Shown in pieces: positions 45,349 to 54,135 of a stretch of DNA of 64,000 bases (within the stretch, counting starts at the first letter, position 1; each line of letters begins with the position of its first letter). A program made the position numbers and the translations under genes. The DNA comes from Candidatus Latescibacterota bacterium (GTDB lineage: Bacteria > Latescibacterota > UBA2968 > UBA8231). A model generated the notes under the pieces. That model saw nothing but the letters and a program-made list of their open reading frames with translations, had not been told where the DNA came from and ran no database searches. The stretch spans positions 6,016,001 to 6,080,000 of the forward strand of contig OZ244561.1 of assembly GCA_965217585.1 (NCBI GenBank), in the 5' to 3' direction.

Positions 45349-46926
45349 CTAGACGCGATAGGCAAACAGCTTGGCACCGAGCATGCGCACCCGGATGCCG
45401 ACCGCCTCGCCGGCCGCGGAGATGTTGGAGCGGCCCTGCCAGGTTACCACCCGGTCTTCGCAATCACCCGTTAGACGGTCGCAGTCATCAAAGGTGAACC
45501 CCGGTAGCGGATCGGCGTCGGGGAGCATCAACGACGGCAGCTTCTCCAGCAATTCAACCTGAATCCAGCCGCCCGGCTCGCAGCGATAGTTGAGGCGCAG
45601 CTCATCGTGGGCGCGGAAGAGAGAGGGCAGGGAGAAGCCGCCCTCGGCGCTGGCGCGCACCCCGCAGAACCGGTGCGGACGCCAGCGCGCCCAGCGAATC
45701 TGCTGCGGTTGCCGCGCAGGAAAGAGCTCGGGCACCTTGTCGGCGGGGCAATCGTGAATGACCGAGAAGGCCGCGTATGGACAGGCCCAATGGCCATCGG
45801 GCAGTTCGACGAGGCCGCTGCGCCAGAAGTGGGCCATGCATTCGTCGCCCTCGCCCTCGGCACCCAGCGGCAGGATCGGTCGGCGCTCGGGACGGGACCA
45901 GTAGAGGCCATCGCGGCTGAAGGCGATTTGCCCGTCGATGGTGCTGGCGATCTGGTGATATACGGGGATGAGCATGCCGTGCAGGTCGTCGCGGCCTGGG
46001 TACGGGAAGTAGTTGGCACCGTAAAAGCTGATGTCGGGAGGGTCTTCGGTGTCGGGGTGATGGATCAGCTTTGGAGCGGGCCAGTTGGCAAAGTCGTCGG
46101 TGCGCGAAAAGCCGATCGTGCGGATCTGCATGCCCTGTTCGAGCCTGTTGACACCAATGCCTTCGAGCAGTTCGGCGGGGTAGCCCATTAGCTGGATGTA
46201 GGCGAAGTAGTTGCCGCGATGTTCATCGTAGCGGGCCGATATGCCGCCGTTGACCGGTCGGTACGCCAGCGGCTCTGCGACGGGCGTCCAGTGGAGGCCG
46301 TCGGAGGATGTCCAAGCTAACATGTGGCCCGTGATTTCGGCTCTGGGACCGGTGTAGTTCTCTTGCTCCTGCTCGGCCTTGATGCGCCGGGACGGCTCAT
46401 CGCCAGACAGCTCTTCACCGCTGTCTGGATCCCACCAGTACATGCGGCCGCCCATCGCCTTGAAGCGCTCCTTGGGGGGTGCGTTGGGGTCTTCGAAGAT
46501 TCCGGTGGCCCCTTTGCATGAGTTGGAGAGCAGGTTGTTGTTGGACGAGCCGTTGAATTCGACCTCGTTGAGGACGGATCGCGTCCAGTTATACGCATCG
46601 TCGCTGACCGCGTAACACTGGCCACCCTCGCTGTCGTAGAGCAAGTGATAGCGCCCGTCCCGCTGCCAGATGTAGAGCGGCGAGACGTGGGTGCCTTCCC
46701 ACTCCATTGACGCCTGCAGGATCGGCTCGGACTTAATGGCCTCCTCGATCTCAAAGCGGATGCCAAGCGGGGCGTCATAGAGTTCCAGGACACCGTGCCG
46801 ACTGGAGCCACGGTGTCCTGGAAAGACGTCAATCATGTCAACCAGCGGACTCCAGGCGCCCGTGTTGAGGCGAATGCGGGGCGGGCGGCGTCTGGGAGCC
46901 TTTTTTTCGTTGCTGCGATCAGTCAT
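45349..46926 (-). CDS. Putative glycoside-hydrolase-like beta-propeller protein with C-terminal beta-sandwich
   Basis: Repeated S.DG..W blade motifs (SDDAYNW, SSDGLHW, TDDFANW, SRDGLYW), 'EDPNAPPKERFKA'. Confidence 0.55.
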   Translation of the reverse strand: MTDRSNEKKAPRRRPPRIRLNTGAWSPLVDMIDVFPGHRGSSRHGVLELYDAPLGIRFEIEEAIKSEPILQASMEWEGTHVSPLYIWQRDGRYHLLYDSEGGQCYAVSDDAYNWTRSVLNEVEFNGSSNNNLLSNSCKGATGIFEDPNAPPKERFKAMGGRMYWWDPDSGEELSGDEPSRRIKAEQEQENYTGPRAEITGHMLAWTSSDGLHWTPVAEPLAYRPVNGGISARYDEHRGNYFAYIQLMGYPAELLEGIGVNRLEQGMQIRTIGFSRTDDFANWPAPKLIHHPDTEDPPDISFYGANYFPYPGRDDLHGMLIPVYHQIASTIDGQIAFSRDGLYWSRPERRPILPLGAEGEGDECMAHFWRSGLVELPDGHWACPYAAFSVIHDCPADKVPELFPARQPQQIRWARWRPHRFCGVRASAEGGFSLPSLFRAHDELRLNYRCEPGGWIQVELLEKLPSLMLPDADPLPGFTFDDCDRLTGDCEDRVVTWQGRSNISAAGEAVGIRVRMLGAKLFAYRV

Positions 46927-46954
46927 CAGGGCAATCTCTCGGTGGTGGCAGTGT

Positions 46955-47022
46955 AGTGGACCCGGAAGACTGGCTCGCTGGTTAAGGTGAAATTATCTTA
47001 CCAGTGAAGATCCGGGTCCACT
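46955..47022. repeat. Long imperfect hairpin in a divergent intergenic region
   Basis: AGTGGACCCGGA (46955-46966) / TCCGGGTCCACT (47011-47022) with inner CTGGT(T)AAG / CTTACCAG stem. Confidence 0.6.
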
Positions 47023-47111
47023 TCCATGTTCGTAAAAGATATAGGTATCCATTTGCCCTTCAACAAGGCACCCGATCCTGTGCCTACACCCTACTCTGAA
47101 AGGAAGACCCC

Positions 47112-48374
47112 ATGAAAGTCACCAATGTCGAACGCATTATCGTCGATGTCCCGTTCACGCCTAGACAGCAGGAGATAACCCGCCAGTCGGTTTACAACTG
47201 GTCCATCCTCGAGCTGTGTAAGGTCTCCACCGACACGGGCCACGTGGGCTGGGGAGAGACCGTCATTCACTATACCTACGGTCGGGTGACCGATGATGCG
47301 GTTGCACGCACAATCGGCCAAAGCCCGGCCGACCTGATGAACGAAGACAGCCTAGGCGCTGGTTTGCAGATGGCGCTGTTCGACGTGGTCGGCAAGATAC
47401 TCGAAGTCCCGGTGCATCGGCTGCTGGGCACCAAAATGCGCGACTGGACGCCGATCTCTTGGTGGTGCAGTCACTCCTCACCGGAAAACTGGGCCGCCGA
47501 AGCGGCCGATGCCGTGGCGCAAGGGTACACCAATCTCAAGAACAAACCGAGGCCCTGGAACGACATCGTCGCACAGGTCGATGCCGTAAGCAAGGTGGTG
47601 CCCCCTCATTTCCATCTCGATCTCGATCCCAACGGCTCCTGGGAGAACGCGGCCAACGCCATTCCGATCATCAAGAGGCTCGAGCGCTACGAAAACGTGG
47701 CCATGTTCGAAACGCCCATCCCGCAGGAGGACATTCTCGGCAATCGCCAGATTCGCCAGGCCGTGAACAGGCCGGTGGCCATGCACTTTGGTTCGCCGCC
47801 GTTTCTCACGGCTGTGCGCGAGGAAGTTTGCGACGGCTTTGTGATTGGGGGCGGAAAATCACTGACCATGCGCCAGGGGCAATGCGCCGCGGAAGTTTCC
47901 CTGCCGTTCTGGTTGCAGATCGTCGGCAATGGGTTGACGACCACGTGGGACGCCCATCTCGGCTCGGTGCTAACGCACGCGCGGTGGCCGGCTATTAGCT
48001 GTATCAATATGTACAGCCACCATCTACTGACCGAGCCTGTTCGGGTGATCAATGGGCATCAGCGGGTCCCCGATGGGCCTGGCCTCGGCGTCGAGGTTGA
48101 TGAGGCGGCGGTTGAGCAATACCGCGTGCCGCAGGAGACGCTCGATGACCATGCGCGTCAGGGGCAGCTCTACACCCACCCGAAGCCGCGGCTGATCAAT
48201 ACGATCGTCTATCCTGACGGCACCTGCATACACATGGACTACCCCAGCGCGCCGGGAACCTATGTGGAGGGAGTGCGCACCGAAATCTGGGAGGACGATG
48301 GCTCGCAAGAATGGCAGAACCTGTACCAGCGCGTGCAAAAGGAGAAGCAGGTGGTCAGTCGGTGGGATCGGTAG
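47112..48374 (+). CDS. Mandelate racemase / muconate lactonizing enzyme (enolase superfamily)
   Basis: 'VSTDTGHVGWGE', 'MALFDVVGK..EVPVHRLLG', KxK (KNK), 'LDPNG', 'FETP', 'PDGPGLGVEVD'. Confidence 0.85.
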   Translation: MKVTNVERIIVDVPFTPRQQEITRQSVYNWSILELCKVSTDTGHVGWGETVIHYTYGRVTDDAVARTIGQSPADLMNEDSLGAGLQMALFDVVGKILEVPVHRLLGTKMRDWTPISWWCSHSSPENWAAEAADAVAQGYTNLKNKPRPWNDIVAQVDAVSKVVPPHFHLDLDPNGSWENAANAIPIIKRLERYENVAMFETPIPQEDILGNRQIRQAVNRPVAMHFGSPPFLTAVREEVCDGFVIGGGKSLTMRQGQCAAEVSLPFWLQIVGNGLTTTWDAHLGSVLTHARWPAISCINMYSHHLLTEPVRVINGHQRVPDGPGLGVEVDEAAVEQYRVPQETLDDHARQGQLYTHPKPRLINTIVYPDGTCIHMDYPSAPGTYVEGVRTEIWEDDGSQEWQNLYQRVQKEKQVVSRWDR

Positions 48375-48398
48375 GGGCGACCGGCCGGTCGCCCCTAC
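48371..48398. repeat. REP-like 28-bp perfect palindrome (GTAG family), copy 2
   Basis: Identical to 41077-41104; its TAG (48372-48374) is the stop codon of the upstream gene; lies between convergent genes. Confidence 0.85.
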
Positions 48399-48413
48399 GT
48401 AGATGACGTTTTT

Positions 48414-50084
48414 CTAGCTGGTCACCGCCCCTTGGGCTGCCGACGACACCGAGCGGGCGTATTTGGCCATCACGCCGGAGGTGTAGCGCGGCGGCGGGGC
48501 CTCCCAGGCGGCTAGGCGGGCCTGCAACTCGGCTTCGTCTAGCGCTACGTCCAAATGGCCTGTCGTGGTGTCGATGGTGATGGTATCGCCGTCGTGTAGG
48601 ACGGCTAGGGGGCCGCCCACCGCGGCTTCGGGAGCGGCGTGGCCGATCATCAGGCCGCGGGTGGCACCCGAAAAGCGGCCATCGGTGACCAAGGCCACGG
48701 AGTCGCCCAGACCCGACCCCACAATGGCACCTGTGACGGCTAGCATCTCGCGCATACCCGGTCCGCCCTTGGGGCCTTCGTAGCGGATGACCACCACGTC
48801 GCCGGGCTGGATGTGGCCCTGCTCAATGGCCGGCATGACCTCGTCCTCGCTGTCGAAGACGCGGGCCGGGCCTTGGTGCTGGGCGCGTTCGTGGCCGGCC
48901 AATTTCACCACTGCGCCTTCGGGGGCGAGATTGCCCTTTAGCACGACTAACCCACCCGTTTTCTTCAGCGGTTTATCGACTGGAACCACTACCTGCTGGC
49001 CGGGGGTTTCCACGGCGCGGTCGGCCTCTTGGCCAATGGTGCGGCCCGATACCGTGAGGGCGTCTTCGTGCAGCAGGTCGGTTTCTTTGAGGCGGCGGGC
49101 CACCAAGGCGATGCCGCCGGCTTTGTCCAAGTCGGGGGCGACAAAGCGGCCGCCGGGCTTGAGATCGACCATGAGTGGGGTGGAACTGCTCAAGGCTTGG
49201 AAGTCCTCGATGTCCAGTTCCAATCCGGCCTCCCGGGCGATGGCCAGAAAATGCAGCACGCCGTTGGTCGAGCCGCCGGTGGTGGCAATGGAGCGGATGG
49301 CGTTGTCGAGGGCGGGGCGGGTGATGATTTGCGAGGGTTTGCGATTTTGGCGCACCAACTCGACGGCTAGGCCCCCGACTTGGACGCCGACGGCTTCCTT
49401 GCGCGGGTCGGTGGCCGGTACCGAGCCCGAGCCCATGAGGGCCACGCCGAGGATCTCGGCTGCGGTGGCCATGGTATTGGCGGTGAATTGACCGCCGCAG
49501 GACCCGGCTCCTGGGCAGGCGTTTTCTTCGATGAGGCGCAATTGGTCGTCGTCGATGCGGCCGGTGGCGTGGGCACCGATGGCTTCGTACACGTCTTGGA
49601 TGGTGATGTCGGCTTGGTTGTGGTGGCCGGGCATAATCGAGCCGCCGTAGAGCAGCACCGAGGGGATGTCCAAGCGGCACATGGCCATAATGGCCCCTGG
49701 GGTGGTTTTGTCGCAGCCGGTGAGGGCGACAAAGCCGTCGAGCATGTGACCGCGCACCACCAGTTCCATGGAGTCGGCGATGACTTCGCGCGAAATGAGC
49801 GAGGTCTTCATGCCTTCGGTGCCCATGGTGATGCCGTCGGAGATCACCACCGTATTGAATTCGAGGGGAGTGCCGCCGGCACGGCGGATGCCGGCCTTGA
49901 CGTGCTCGGCTAGGCGGCGCAGGCCAAAATTGCAGGGGCCCAGTTCGGTCCAGGTATTGGCGATGCCGATGAGGGGTTTGCGCAGGGCCTCGGCGTCGAA
50001 GCCAGCGGCCCGGTACATGGCGCGGGCTCCGGCCCGGGACGGGCCTTGGGTGATGTGCTTGCTGATGGGGGTGGAGTCGGTCAT
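48414..50084 (-). CDS. ilvD: Dihydroxy-acid dehydratase
   Basis: 'PCN', 'SDGITMGTEGM', 'GCDKT', 'GSCGGQFTANTM', 'GGSTN', 'YEGPKGGPGMREML', 'TDGRFSG'. Confidence 0.95.
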   Translation of the reverse strand: MTDSTPISKHITQGPSRAGARAMYRAAGFDAEALRKPLIGIANTWTELGPCNFGLRRLAEHVKAGIRRAGGTPLEFNTVVISDGITMGTEGMKTSLISREVIADSMELVVRGHMLDGFVALTGCDKTTPGAIMAMCRLDIPSVLLYGGSIMPGHHNQADITIQDVYEAIGAHATGRIDDDQLRLIEENACPGAGSCGGQFTANTMATAAEILGVALMGSGSVPATDPRKEAVGVQVGGLAVELVRQNRKPSQIITRPALDNAIRSIATTGGSTNGVLHFLAIAREAGLELDIEDFQALSSSTPLMVDLKPGGRFVAPDLDKAGGIALVARRLKETDLLHEDALTVSGRTIGQEADRAVETPGQQVVVPVDKPLKKTGGLVVLKGNLAPEGAVVKLAGHERAQHQGPARVFDSEDEVMPAIEQGHIQPGDVVVIRYEGPKGGPGMREMLAVTGAIVGSGLGDSVALVTDGRFSGATRGLMIGHAAPEAAVGGPLAVLHDGDTITIDTTTGHLDVALDEAELQARLAAWEAPPPRYTSGVMAKYARSVSSAAQGAVTS

Positions 50085-50247
50085 GGCGTGCGCTTTCTGA
50101 TGTGGGGAAGTGGAACTAAAGACGGATAGTAGCGTCTGAGTTTTACCCCGTCAACTGAGGGTGGTATCTTGTCGCCGAACTGCTGCGGATGTTGTCCGGG
50201 AGTATCTTTCATTGATGTTGCGGTATTGCCCTTCAAAGGAGGTTGTC

Positions 50248-50967
50248 ATGTACCAGCTTCTGTCGTCTATCGCATTCCTTTGCCTGTTTGCCCTGCCACT
50301 CGCCGCCCAAGAAGAGGCCCTTCACGGCACTTGGGAGGGGACCTTTGCCGGTGATGAAATCGGCGGGGGGACCATGCGCCTGACCTTCCAAGCGGATGGC
50401 ACCTTTGATTTTGATCTGTTCGTCGAGGAGCCAATAGGCCTCCCCGCCGACGGTGAAGTCCCGGATGAACTCTTGGATGAATTGACGGAAATTATAGAAA
50501 TGTATTCTGCCCTAGAGGGGATCTCCTCCCACGGCGGCACATATCAAGTCTCGGGCGACAGCCTCTGGGTGCATAATGATAACGCGGTCGAATACATTGT
50601 TGACGGTGAGAGCGTCGACGTCATCGAGTTCTGGACCCCGTTCATTCGTTTCTCAGCCCGTTTTTTTGCGTCCTTTGCTGCGGCATTTGAAGAAGTCTCC
50701 GAGGAGGACTACTCGGCGTTTGAACAGGAGATTTTCGACCAGATGCTCGCTGAAATGCTCGCCGAGTTAGAGGAGGAACCGCTCGGACTCGGACTCACGC
50801 TGAGCGGCACCTACGCCATTGAGGATGACACTTTGTTCATCACTGCTACTACTACTGACGAGGATGGGGTCGAAACCGCCGAAACCGTAGAATTCCACCG
50901 CATTGATGTTGCCAGTGCTGTCGCCCAAACTACTTGGGGCGGCCTGAAAGCGGCTTGGCGTCGGTGA
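50248..50967 (+). CDS. Acidic exported protein with C-terminal 'SAV...TTWGGLK' tail
   Basis: AAGGAGG RBS before ATG 50248, signal peptide (LAA|Q), 'LHGTWEG' lipocalin-like start, two 'GTY...D.L' strands. Confidence 0.7.
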   Translation: MYQLLSSIAFLCLFALPLAAQEEALHGTWEGTFAGDEIGGGTMRLTFQADGTFDFDLFVEEPIGLPADGEVPDELLDELTEIIEMYSALEGISSHGGTYQVSGDSLWVHNDNAVEYIVDGESVDVIEFWTPFIRFSARFFASFAAAFEEVSEEDYSAFEQEIFDQMLAEMLAELEEEPLGLGLTLSGTYAIEDDTLFITATTTDEDGVETAETVEFHRIDVASAVAQTTWGGLKAAWRR

Positions 50968-51006
50968 ACTTCCCTTAGAATCTCAACGGTCAGACAGCCG
51001 TCTTCT

Positions 51007-52038
51007 TCAGTCGATAATTACTTTTTCGCGGCGTTGGGCGCTGTCGTACAAGGCGTCGAGGATTTGCATGAAGTGATAGGCGTCTTGGGCATCGACATCG
51101 GCTTTGACTTGGCCGGCTACGGCGCGGGCGAAGTGCTCGATTTCGTGGTAGAAGAACAGGCCGTCCGCAGGCGGTTGAGTGTGGGGCATATCCGATTCTG
51201 CGGCGGATTTCTGCTCGGTGAATTGCCCGTCTTCCCAATGCCATATAACTCCCTGAGATAGAGCACCCTCGCTGCCGTACAATTCCACGGTCGTGGGGGT
51301 GTCGCAGTGCAGCCAGCGCGAGCAATCTATCTGAATGGTCTTGTCGCCTTCTAGACCGACCAAGCCGGAAAAATAATCTTCGGCCGCGCCCTCGGGGCCG
51401 TGGTACAGCGGCTCGATGGTATGCTTGACGGCAAAGGCCCACTGCGGCTTGGGACAGCCCATCCACCACCAAGCTAGGTCGAGTTCGTGCGAGGCGTGCT
51501 GGCCTAGGGCACCACCCTTGTGACCATATACATTGGTCCAGCTTTCAAAGCTATCTGCTGGCGGGCGCGAGTTGAATTTGAGGAAAATGCGGGCGTGATA
51601 CGGCTCACCGATGCGGCCTCCTTGTACTGCGACGCGCAATTTGCGATTGTGGGGAAAGTGGCGCATGAAGTAGCAGAATTGCAACGTGGTGCCAGCGCGC
51701 TCGGCCGCCGCGGCGAAGTCCAAGATGTGCGCGGCCCGCACCGCGTGCGGCTTTTGCACCAAGACGTGTTTGCCGGCGGCAAAAGCGTCCATGACCATGG
51801 GGTAGCGGGCGGGCGGATTGACGGCTAGGTACACGGCCTGCACTTGGTCGTCGGCCAGCAGGTCTTGGTAGGGGCCGTATTGGCGCGACACGCCTTCTTC
51901 GCTGGCGACGCGGCTGCGGCGCGGTTCGTCCAGATCGGCCACGGCGACGACATCGACTAGGGAGCTAGCCTGAGCCGCTTTGATGGCCTGTTGGCCGGCC
52001 CAGCCGCAGCCGACGACGCCGAGTTTGAGCAGGTTCAT
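51007..52038 (-). CDS. Gfo/Idh/MocA family oxidoreductase
   Basis: 'GVVGCGWAG', 'AGKHVLVQKP', 'GGALGQHASHELD'; ATG overlaps upstream TAA. Confidence 0.88.
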   Translation of the reverse strand: MNLLKLGVVGCGWAGQQAIKAAQASSLVDVVAVADLDEPRRSRVASEEGVSRQYGPYQDLLADDQVQAVYLAVNPPARYPMVMDAFAAGKHVLVQKPHAVRAAHILDFAAAAERAGTTLQFCYFMRHFPHNRKLRVAVQGGRIGEPYHARIFLKFNSRPPADSFESWTNVYGHKGGALGQHASHELDLAWWWMGCPKPQWAFAVKHTIEPLYHGPEGAAEDYFSGLVGLEGDKTIQIDCSRWLHCDTPTTVELYGSEGALSQGVIWHWEDGQFTEQKSAAESDMPHTQPPADGLFFYHEIEHFARAVAGQVKADVDAQDAYHFMQILDALYDSAQRREKVIID

Positions 52039-52859
52039 TATTCCTCCAACCATTGATGATAGTGCGTCAGGGCTTCTGCCTGCAGATCGTCCCACTCGGT
52101 CAGGAGCACCAAGCGAATGGTGAACGTCAGGTGTTGGCCAGCTTGGGCGTCGTCGCCGCCCAAGTGGAAGTACTGGGCGTTGTGGTAGCTGTTGTAGCCC
52201 GACAGGCCCAGGCAGTCGGCGGGCCGGGCCATGAGCAGAATGGCGTGGCCGTAGCGGTGCTCTTGCAGAGTCAGGGCATGGGCGTAGTACGGCCCTCGAC
52301 GCCAGTTGAGAGGATAGCCGTCGAGCCAGCGGCCGTCGCGGAACACGGCTTCGGCGTCTTCATCGCGCGCCCACGATTCGGCCTCGTTACGGCCGTACCA
52401 CTGCTTTTGGTACCAAGTGACGCCTTCGGGGTGGGTGCGGTCGTCCTGCACGGGAAAGTACGGCGTGTAGTGGGGGGTAAAATAATTGGCGATAAAGAGT
52501 TCAAAACGTTGGTAATCGGCTGCTAGGCGGGCGCTGAAGGTGGCGTCGAGGCTATCGGGTCCAGCGATGCGGTAGTGCGCCTGCAATTCGGCTTGCACCG
52601 CAGGGCAGGCCGCCCAGCGCACCGCGACGCTATCGCCTTCCTGGGCCACCAGATCTGGGGTGCGCTCGCGCGTGATTTCGAGTTGGCGGCCGTCGGCTAG
52701 GGTGCGGTAGATATTGAGCCAAGCAAAGTCGGGCCCCTCGTCGAGGTGAAAGCTGGTCAGGCCGGTCAGACGCAAGCCTTGGGGTCCGAGGACGGTGGCG
52801 ATGCCTCGACCCAGAGGGGCTTGGAAAAGAGCGGGATGGGAGACGCGGGCGAAGGCCAT
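52038..52859 (-). CDS. Hypothetical protein (possibly mutarotase-like beta-sandwich)
   Basis: 273-aa ORF, GAGG RBS, translationally coupled to the oxidoreductase; fold guess is weak. Confidence 0.55.
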   Translation of the reverse strand: MAFARVSHPALFQAPLGRGIATVLGPQGLRLTGLTSFHLDEGPDFAWLNIYRTLADGRQLEITRERTPDLVAQEGDSVAVRWAACPAVQAELQAHYRIAGPDSLDATFSARLAADYQRFELFIANYFTPHYTPYFPVQDDRTHPEGVTWYQKQWYGRNEAESWARDEDAEAVFRDGRWLDGYPLNWRRGPYYAHALTLQEHRYGHAILLMARPADCLGLSGYNSYHNAQYFHLGGDDAQAGQHLTFTIRLVLLTEWDDLQAEALTHYHQWLEE

Positions 52860-53042
52860 ACAATCCTCACTTTCACAGGTAAAAGTTGCCGTTCGGAGAA
52901 CTCGTTCCAGCCATAGCCGTCATGCGATCCGCCTGTTCACCGGCCGGAAGCAATTGCGTTTGTAGGGTAAGTTTACATTGATTACTCAAGTGAGCAAGAA
53001 AAAGGAAGAGCTTTTACAGACCATCCCTTAAGGAATAATCCG

Positions 53043-54086
53043 ATGAAATTCATCTACTTCACCGACATTCACCTCGACTCCGGGATAGACGCCTTCCGGG
53101 GATTTGAGTTGTGTGTGGAATCCATGCTGGAGCATCAGCCTGAAGTCCTGATCAACGGAGGCGACTTGGGCCTCACGCCCGAGGTGCTAGCGCAATACGC
53201 CCAGACCATGGAGAGGGTATCTGTGCCGGTGCTGTTGAGCCACGGCAACCACGAGATGTGCAGCGGTTATCTGCCTCGGGAGCAAGGGGGGACGGCGCAC
53301 GCCAGCGCCGATATTGGCGGCGTCCATTTTGTGCTGCTGGACGTGGTGCGCTATTTCGAGCCGACCGAGGACCACCCGTCCAACTGGCACGTCTTGGCCG
53401 ACGAGGGTCTGTTGGAGTGGCTGGCTGCGGATTTGGCGGAGGTGGACCGGGACACGTCACTGGTGGTGGCCAGCCACGTGCCTATATCGACGACCTTTCC
53501 CCAGCGCTCGGGTCAGGTGCCGGATATGGCCTTTCCCACCAATGAGATTGCCGGGGCGCGGCGCTTGCTGACGCTATTGCAGCCCTTTGAACGGGTGATC
53601 ACCTTACACGGCCACCACCATGAAAACGACCGCCACTTCGTCGGCGCTATGGAGGTTATGACCACCGCGGCGGTGTCGGGCAATTGGTGGAAGACGGGGC
53701 TGGAGAGCCGCGGCCCGCAGGGACGCGAACCGCAGGGGTATCGGGTGGTCGAGGTCGATGCGGAAGGGGGGTTCAGAAGCCAGTACCACGCTTTCCAGCC
53801 ACACCAAGACGAGGCAGTGGAATTGTGCCGGCATCAGGCTTCGGGTCGCCGTTTTGTCAATGTGTTCGATGGTTCACCGCGTACGCAGGTCGAGGTGGGG
53901 GGCTTGGGGCCACTGGCCCTGATCGATCCGCTAGCCGAGTCGTCGCGCGATCTGGCGACGCACCTGTGGGAGTTGCCAGCCGATTTTGACCGGCAGCAGG
54001 TGGAGGTGCGGGTGGTCTTTGAGGATGGGCGGGAGTGCGAAGGGGTGCTGGAGGAACGGGTGTGGGAGTCAGCTACCCAAGCCTAA
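53043..54086 (+). CDS. Calcineurin-like metallophosphoesterase
   Basis: Motifs TDIH, GGDL, GNHE, SHVP, GHHH. Confidence 0.9.
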   Translation: MKFIYFTDIHLDSGIDAFRGFELCVESMLEHQPEVLINGGDLGLTPEVLAQYAQTMERVSVPVLLSHGNHEMCSGYLPREQGGTAHASADIGGVHFVLLDVVRYFEPTEDHPSNWHVLADEGLLEWLAADLAEVDRDTSLVVASHVPISTTFPQRSGQVPDMAFPTNEIAGARRLLTLLQPFERVITLHGHHHENDRHFVGAMEVMTTAAVSGNWWKTGLESRGPQGREPQGYRVVEVDAEGGFRSQYHAFQPHQDEAVELCRHQASGRRFVNVFDGSPRTQVEVGGLGPLALIDPLAESSRDLATHLWELPADFDRQQVEVRVVFEDGRECEGVLEERVWESATQA

Positions 54087-54135
54087 AGGCAAAGGGCTTG
54101 TCCCAGCCTTTCCCAGCCGCTCTAACATCCAGCAG

